A stretch of DNA of 64,000 nt from contig JAPLKO010000053.1 in the NCBI GenBank assembly GCA_026388015.1, forward strand, positions 7,352-71,351. Reading direction: 5' to 3'. Source of the DNA: Candidatus Firestoneibacteriota bacterium (lineage in GTDB: Bacteria; Oederibacteriota; D2-FULL-39-29). Of this stretch, positions 58,445 through 64,000 are shown piece after piece. The notes beneath the pieces are model-generated. The model had not been told where the DNA came from and ran no database searches. It saw only the letters and a program-made list of their open reading frames with translations. The translations under genes and the position numbers were made by a program. Numbering within the stretch: the first letter of the stretch is position 1; every line of letters starts with the position of its first letter.

Positions 58445-61400
58445 ATGGATGAAAATAAAACCGAGGGACTGCTTTTACAAAGCGAAGCGTACCGAAAACT
58501 CCTCAATAAAATAAAGGAAAACGAATTTGTCAGAATCAGCGGAATTAAAGGTTCCGCTGATTCTTTTTTTGCGTACTCTCTTAACAACGACACCTCCCGT
58601 CCGGTTGTCCTGATACTTCCTGATAATGATTCTGCTCTCAGGGCTTATTATGATTTGCTTACTTTTATGGAAGAAGGAGTGTTTGTTTTTCCCGCGGTGG
58701 AAGAACTTGAAGGCGTCAGACTTCCGGCTTCAAGTGAAATCATCGAGCAGAGAATCACGGGTCTTCGGGAACTTCTTCAGGATAATTTTAAAGCCGTAAT
58801 ATTTACCGGCGCCTCTTTTTTGCAGCCGGTGCCGAAAAGAAAACTATATGAACTCTCTATCTTTAAGCTTGAAACGGGTAAAGAGGTTAAACTTGTCGAT
58901 CTCGTTGAAAACCTTATTAAAATAGGGTATGCAATGGAATCCTATGTTGAAAAAAAAGGGGAGATCTCTGTCCGGGGAGGTATCCTTGATATTTACCCTT
59001 TTACGCAGGAAAAACCCGTCCGGCTGGATTTCTTCGGCGATACAATAGAAACTATAAGGAGTTTTGATCCGGTTACACAAAAGTCAATAAAAACGGAGGA
59101 GGAATTAGTTGTATATCCCGCAGCGGAAACTTGTTTTTCTGAAGGGGTAATTACGGAGTATCTTCCGGATGATTCTGTGATATATATGGAAGAAAATATT
59201 TTCGAAGAGAGTAAAATACCGGGAGTTAAAGCTTATGCCTCAATTTTAAGTACGCGCTTTGAAAACGCCGAGATCCTATTTAATATTAAGAGCAATCCTT
59301 CATTTAATGGCGATGCAGGGGAAGCTATTATACAGCTGGCAAAGCTGGAGGCTTCCGGAAAAAAAGTGTTTATACTGTTTAACAGTGCCGGCGAAAAAGA
59401 AAGATTCACAGAGCTGCTCTTAGACAGCAAAATATCTTTTGGAGGCGTGTATCTTGAGGGCTCTTTGCAGACCGGGTTTAACTTTGCCGAAGCGGGAGTC
59501 TGCTTTATAACGGATAATGAGATATTTGGCCGCTATGCCAACGCAAGGCCGGCTGCAAAAAGAAGAAAAAGATTTTTTAAAGAAGGCTCGCCGGTCAGCA
59601 ATATCTTTGAGATAAATACCGGAGAAGTCGTAGTACACGAAAACTACGGTATAGGAAGGTTCCTCGGCTTAAACAGTATAACGGTCGGCGGCGCAAAAAA
59701 AGATTTTGTTACACTTGAATATTTTAATAATGACAAACTTTATGTGCCGGTTGAAGATATTAACAAGATCCAAAAGTATGTAGGATTTGAAGAGAAACCG
59801 GTGCTTTCCAATCTCGGTACCTCGCAATGGGAAAAGGCAAAAGAAAAGGCAAAAGAAGATGTAAAAAAGATGGCGGCGGATTTGTTGGAGCTTTATGCGG
59901 CGAGGGAATCCCTCCCCGGATTCAGTTTTTCCGCGGATACGGAGTGGCAGAAAGAGTTTGAAAGTGCATTTATGTACGAAGAGACGGAAGATCAGCTCCG
60001 CTCCGTAAAGGAAGTGAAAGACGACATGGAAAAAGGAAAACCCATTGACCGTCTGGTCTGCGGGGATGTGGGTTTCGGTAAAACTGAAGTGGCTCTTCGG
60101 GCTGCTTTCAAATGCGCTATGGACGGGAAACAGGCGGCGTTTGTATGCCCTACAACTATTCTTGCCGAGCAGCATTATAATACGTTTAAGGAGAGGATGG
60201 CGGATTACCCCGTAAAAATAGAAATGCTCTCCAGATTCGGCAGAAAAAAAGAACATACAAAAACAATCGCAAAACTTAAAGCGGGGGGAGTGGATATCGT
60301 CATCGGAACGCACAGGCTCCTTCAAAATGATATTATTTTTAAAGATCTCGGAATGATAATACTGGATGACGAACAGAAGTTCGGGGTTGCGCAAAAGGAG
60401 AAGCTAAAAAAGTTAAAACAGAGTGTATACTGTCTGAGTTTGTCGGCAACACCTATTCCCCGTACCCTTTACCTCTCCCTTTCCGGGATAAGAGAGATAA
60501 GCAATATCAACACACCTCCGGCGGGAAGAATGCCGATTCAAACTTATATTATCGAGCATAACGATAAGATAGTAAAAGGAGCAATTCTAAAAGAGCTAAA
60601 ACGCGGGGGTGAAGTGTATTATGTGTATAACAAGGTAAAAACTATAAACCGCGCAGCGGAGAGACTGGCAAGGCTTGTCCCTGAGGCAAAAATAGCCGTT
60701 GCGCACGGTCAGCTTCCGGGGCCTCAGCTTGAAAAAATAATGATGGATTTCTACAAAAAAAAGTATAATGTTCTGCTTTGCTCCACCATAATCGAAGCCG
60801 GGTTAGACAATCCTTCTGCGAATACAATAATAATCGAAAATGCCGATGACCTGGGACTTTCACAATTGTATCAGCTCCGGGGACGGGTGGGAAGAAGCCG
60901 GGTGCAGGCTTATGCTTATTTTACGTATCCTGCGAAAAGGTCCCTCTCGGAAACAGCTATGAAACGGCTTAATGCAATTGAAGAGTGCGACGAACTCTCC
61001 ATGGGGTACTCCATAGCAATGAAGGACCTGGAAATACGGGGCGCCGGAAATATTCTGGGCCGGGAACAGCACGGCCAGATCGGCAGGATCGGTCTTGATT
61101 TATACATGAAACTTTTAAAAGAAGCGGTTAATATAGCCAAGGGGCTGAAAGAAACTCCCGTAGAGGAGAATATCCAGATAGATATTCAAACTAATGCCTA
61201 TCTTCCGGATTACTACATCAAAGACAGCTTCCGGAAGATTAATATTTATAAGGATATGATGGCGGCGGAAAGTTTTGCGGAAACCGAAAAAATAAAAGAA
61301 GAGCTTCTTGACCGGTTCGGAAGGCTTCCTCAGGAAGTAGAGAATCTCTTGAAAGTGGTTCGTATCCGTATTTGCGCAAAAGCCGCTTCTATTACGGGTA

Positions 61401-61528
61401 TAAGGGAAGAGGGAAGCAGCGTCTATTTTGAGATGAAAAAAGGCGGTAGAGGCTCTTTTAAGCCCTCTCCCGCCGGTAAATTGGAAGATACATTAAATTA
61501 TTTTAAGAGTTTGGCCGGATTAAATTAA
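58445..61528 (+). CDS. mfd: Transcription-repair coupling factor
   Basis: Helicase motif I GDVGFGKTEVALRAA, a DEQKFG region and a TRCF C-terminal domain. Length is 1027 aa. Confidence 0.9.
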   Translation: MDENKTEGLLLQSEAYRKLLNKIKENEFVRISGIKGSADSFFAYSLNNDTSRPVVLILPDNDSALRAYYDLLTFMEEGVFVFPAVEELEGVRLPASSEIIEQRITGLRELLQDNFKAVIFTGASFLQPVPKRKLYELSIFKLETGKEVKLVDLVENLIKIGYAMESYVEKKGEISVRGGILDIYPFTQEKPVRLDFFGDTIETIRSFDPVTQKSIKTEEELVVYPAAETCFSEGVITEYLPDDSVIYMEENIFEESKIPGVKAYASILSTRFENAEILFNIKSNPSFNGDAGEAIIQLAKLEASGKKVFILFNSAGEKERFTELLLDSKISFGGVYLEGSLQTGFNFAEAGVCFITDNEIFGRYANARPAAKRRKRFFKEGSPVSNIFEINTGEVVVHENYGIGRFLGLNSITVGGAKKDFVTLEYFNNDKLYVPVEDINKIQKYVGFEEKPVLSNLGTSQWEKAKEKAKEDVKKMAADLLELYAARESLPGFSFSADTEWQKEFESAFMYEETEDQLRSVKEVKDDMEKGKPIDRLVCGDVGFGKTEVALRAAFKCAMDGKQAAFVCPTTILAEQHYNTFKERMADYPVKIEMLSRFGRKKEHTKTIAKLKAGGVDIVIGTHRLLQNDIIFKDLGMIILDDEQKFGVAQKEKLKKLKQSVYCLSLSATPIPRTLYLSLSGIREISNINTPPAGRMPIQTYIIEHNDKIVKGAILKELKRGGEVYYVYNKVKTINRAAERLARLVPEAKIAVAHGQLPGPQLEKIMMDFYKKKYNVLLCSTIIEAGLDNPSANTIIIENADDLGLSQLYQLRGRVGRSRVQAYAYFTYPAKRSLSETAMKRLNAIEECDELSMGYSIAMKDLEIRGAGNILGREQHGQIGRIGLDLYMKLLKEAVNIAKGLKETPVEENIQIDIQTNAYLPDYYIKDSFRKINIYKDMMAAESFAETEKIKEELLDRFGRLPQEVENLLKVVRIRICAKAASITGIREEGSSVYFEMKKGGRGSFKPSPAGKLEDTLNYFKSLAGLN

Positions 61529-61535
61529 CACGCGG

Positions 61536-62723
61536 TCAGAAACTCATAGAAACACCTGCCGAAGCAGAGATTATCCTAAAGTTATATTTCACATAGTCCT
61601 GATACTTCATATTTGAATCAACGGTCGTATAGGACATTCCCGCGACTGCGTTAAAATTCTTATCCAGCGGATACTTAAAAGAAACGCCTAACGTGTTCTC
61701 GAGATCACACTGGTTTTCTCCGGTGTAGGCCCCGCCGCCGGTTCTTGCTTTTCTGTTGCCGTAATTTCTGACAAGAAGTTGATAAAAAATAGCCGTGTTC
61801 AGATTTCCCAGTACATTGAAAGAATAATAGGGTTTAAGCGCCAGACTGGCAAAGCTATAATAATTGTCCGTGTAAACAAGATTGTCTGAGTCGAAGATAC
61901 TGCCGTTTGAGGCGTAAAGCGTGTAGTCAGCATCCGTGCCAAAAAAAGTCTTATTGGCCGAAGGAAGCTGAAGCGAAAGAGAAAGGTAATGCGCTGCGTC
62001 GGCGCGCAAAGTGTCCGAGATGGCGCCCTGAGCAGTTCTTGTAAAAGCGTCCGGATAGTTTTTCAAAACAAGATTATAGGCCGCCTCCGCAAATATTTGC
62101 GAAAACATAGTTTTATAATTTACAGTAAAAGCCACGGCATTAAAATCCTTAGGGGCGGCTTCTTTTCCTCCTGTTAAAGCAGCTATTGTTGTGTTCGTGG
62201 AGCCAAGCGATGTATAGTTGGGATATTTTCTCTGGTAATACTTTATTCCGAAAGTCAGAGGGAGCGAGGTTTCGTTATAAAAACTGTTAAAAGAGACTGA
62301 CCCTGAAAAACCCAGATCGTACAGGTCGTAAAGGCCCTTACCGAAAGGCTCATCCTTTGTTTCCATATTGAAATTATATCTGGCGTCAAAAGAAAGTTTC
62401 CCTTCCAGCTCCTTGCTGAATTTATGCTTGTAAGCAATTGAACCGAGGTTGTTCATTCTTTTTAAGAATAAAGTCTCTTCTTCGATTACTCTTTCACTTA
62501 AGGAAATATTAACATTAAAGACGGGAAGGATATAATCTTCTTCAGAAAGTTTCATTGCCGGCATAAAAAAAAGCCAGCCGGAACCGGCATACCCTCCGCT
62601 GCTTTCTACTACAGAAGAGTAAGCCAGCCGGATATCCGCGTCAAAAATAGGGATAAGTTTGAACTCGGCCTTTGCGGATACTGCCAAAATAAATAACACA
62701 AAAAAAACAAAATACCTTCGCAT
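61536..62723 (-). CDS. Putative outer-membrane beta-barrel protein
   Basis: Signal peptide. Tyr/Asn/Ser/Phe-rich alternating pattern. Terminal ...SMSF. Confidence 0.5.
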   Translation of the reverse strand: MRRYFVFFVLFILAVSAKAEFKLIPIFDADIRLAYSSVVESSGGYAGSGWLFFMPAMKLSEEDYILPVFNVNISLSERVIEEETLFLKRMNNLGSIAYKHKFSKELEGKLSFDARYNFNMETKDEPFGKGLYDLYDLGFSGSVSFNSFYNETSLPLTFGIKYYQRKYPNYTSLGSTNTTIAALTGGKEAAPKDFNAVAFTVNYKTMFSQIFAEAAYNLVLKNYPDAFTRTAQGAISDTLRADAAHYLSLSLQLPSANKTFFGTDADYTLYASNGSIFDSDNLVYTDNYYSFASLALKPYYSFNVLGNLNTAIFYQLLVRNYGNRKARTGGGAYTGENQCDLENTLGVSFKYPLDKNFNAVAGMSYTTVDSNMKYQDYVKYNFRIISASAGVSMSF

Positions 62724-62795
62724 CCCAAACCTCCGTTGTAAAATAAAATATAAATTACAAATGACTGATTACAAAACAAGGCATTGCTTTGTTTT

Positions 62796-64000
62796 CTAAA
62801 AAAGCTCGCCGAATATTGCGGGTAAAACTATCAAGTCTATGGTACGGGGGCCGAACTCATTTGCTTTATAAATCATTTCCCAGGTAAGATTGCCTTTGTC
62901 AATATCTTTTAGAGGTTGAACCAGACCGGCGTCATTAATCAGATAAATATATTTTTCAAGAAATGTGCCGTCTTTGTAAGTGTCTTTGAAAAGTATTCCC
63001 CCGTCTGAGGTTAAAGAAGCTTTAGAAATATCATAGGGCAGCGTGGTTCCGGTAGACTCTCCGTCGGATATCACGTCAATTTTATTATTAAAATATTCTT
63101 CAGTAAACTTTTCTGTAGCAGCAGCATAGTTGTAATCGTGCCTCCATTTCATTTTATCATTAATTGAAAATTTTTCTTTAAAAGGCTGCTCCCACATTGG
63201 CTTGGTTAGATCCTTGTTCCACTCAGGATTTGAAAGCGCCACCTCATCAAGTATGACATCTCCGTAAGGATTTCTTATCGCCGCTGTTTCCTTCTCCAAA
63301 AAGTATTCAGGGCGATTCAATTTGTCAAACCACCCTTTCTGATTTTTAAGCGCGATTTTTACATCCATATAGTTTGGCGGAAGATTTTTATTGAAGGTAT
63401 CATTAATTTCAAAAGAGGAGATACCGGCGTTTGGTCCGCCTTCTCTTTTTGTAATGTTCAGCATCTGAAGCATTTTTGGTTCGGGGCGAAGGACATAGTT
63501 ATCCGTCCTTACTCTGTATCCGTGCATATCCATTGTTGTTTTTCCGAGCTGAACATCGGAGATTCTTTCAAGTAAATCCTGCTTGTCTTCCAGATTTGAT
63601 CTGTCTTTAAGCTCTGCCAGATCATTTCTAAGCTCGCGCAGCTCTTTGACTTCTTTTTCAATATCAGCTCCGCCAAGTCCCGGGGTTCTCGCGCCTGCGC
63701 CCGGCGCCGCCCTGCCCGAAAAATCAAAACCTTCTCTGACTCTATTAATTTCCGAAGGATCCATCTGTCTTGGATTCTCGAGCAGACCGTCCCTGAAAGC
63801 CGCTTTCTCATTTTCTCTTACGAAAAACTCTTTTTCTTTTAGCAAATCAGAAATCGCAACAACTCCTTCAAGTACTTGAAGTTCTGTCAATTCATTAGTT
63901 GTGTCCAGCGCAAACTCTGTTCCTTTAACGGCGGCTATAATCTTCGGGGATTGAACATCAAAAGAACCGCCTTGGCCTAATTTTACGACTTTGGCCTTAA
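62796..64000 (-). CDS. FecR-domain-containing hypothetical protein. The 5' part runs off the window edge.
   Basis: The reading frame continues to the window end. The out-of-track N-terminal part reads AAVKGTEFALDTTNELTELQVLEGVVA, paralogous to the FecR-like block of the 33645 protein. Confidence 0.5.
   Translation of the reverse strand, partial: KAKVVKLGQGGSFDVQSPKIIAAVKGTEFALDTTNELTELQVLEGVVAISDLLKEKEFFVRENEKAAFRDGLLENPRQMDPSEINRVREGFDFSGRAAPGAGARTPGLGGADIEKEVKELRELRNDLAELKDRSNLEDKQDLLERISDVQLGKTTMDMHGYRVRTDNYVLRPEPKMLQMLNITKREGGPNAGISSFEINDTFNKNLPPNYMDVKIALKNQKGWFDKLNRPEYFLEKETAAIRNPYGDVILDEVALSNPEWNKDLTKPMWEQPFKEKFSINDKMKWRHDYNYAAATEKFTEEYFNNKIDVISDGESTGTTLPYDISKASLTSDGGILFKDTYKDGTFLEKYIYLINDAGLVQPLKDIDKGNLTWEMIYKANEFGPRTIDLIVLPAIFGELF

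Noticed and set aside
1-64000. CRISPR arrays, integrases/transposases, prophage or defence-system gene sets
   Set aside because: No spacer-repeat periodicity, no recombinase or transposase ORFs, and no recognisable restriction, abortive-infection or toxin-antitoxin pairs. The only mobile-element-like trace is the Fic C-terminal fragment.

Overview
This 64 kb window reads as a chromosomal region from an anaerobic, hydrogen-metabolising bacterium. The envelope looks Gram-negative: a TonB-dependent receptor, outer-membrane beta-barrels ending in Phe, and DksA are all present. Almost every gene lies on the + strand.

From 5' to 3' the window contains:
- A cobalamin salvage operon, cobO(partial)-cobT-cobU-cobS followed by a BtuB-like receptor.
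- An Orn/Lys/Arg decarboxylase.
- An unannotated cysteine-rich small ORF that overlaps the start of dksA.
- polA-coaE, arfB, a DnaQ-like exonuclease, a phosphohexomutase and maf.
- An initiator tRNA-fMet with a consensus promoter and a terminator.
- A pabB-pabC fusion.
- Two paralogous [FeFe]-hydrogenase operons placed in tandem around a rex gene. The first is hndABCD-like and carries two perfect Rex operators over a consensus promoter. The second has a 1068-aa NuoF-GltD fusion subunit.
- A ThiF-like E1 protein next to hydG, then a UvrD-like helicase.
- Two FecR-domain/beta-barrel modules.
- A decayed accessory patch: a Fic C-terminal fragment and a GNAT gene with two in-frame TAA codons.
- A selenium cluster: a secreted protein whose two ORFs are joined by a single in-frame TGA with a SECIS-like hairpin (a candidate Cys-Sec selenoprotein), a three-domain SelD fusion, a double-cubane/HgdB-like protein with its activase, and selA-selB.
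- ilvD-ilvB-ilvN preceded by a Val/Leu-rich attenuator leader peptide.
- The yceD-rpmF-plsX-fabH-fabD cluster, htpX, lemA and mfd.

No CRISPR array, integrase or obvious prophage was seen. The selenium cluster, the tandem Rex-controlled hydrogenases and several small unannotated elements are the most interesting parts.
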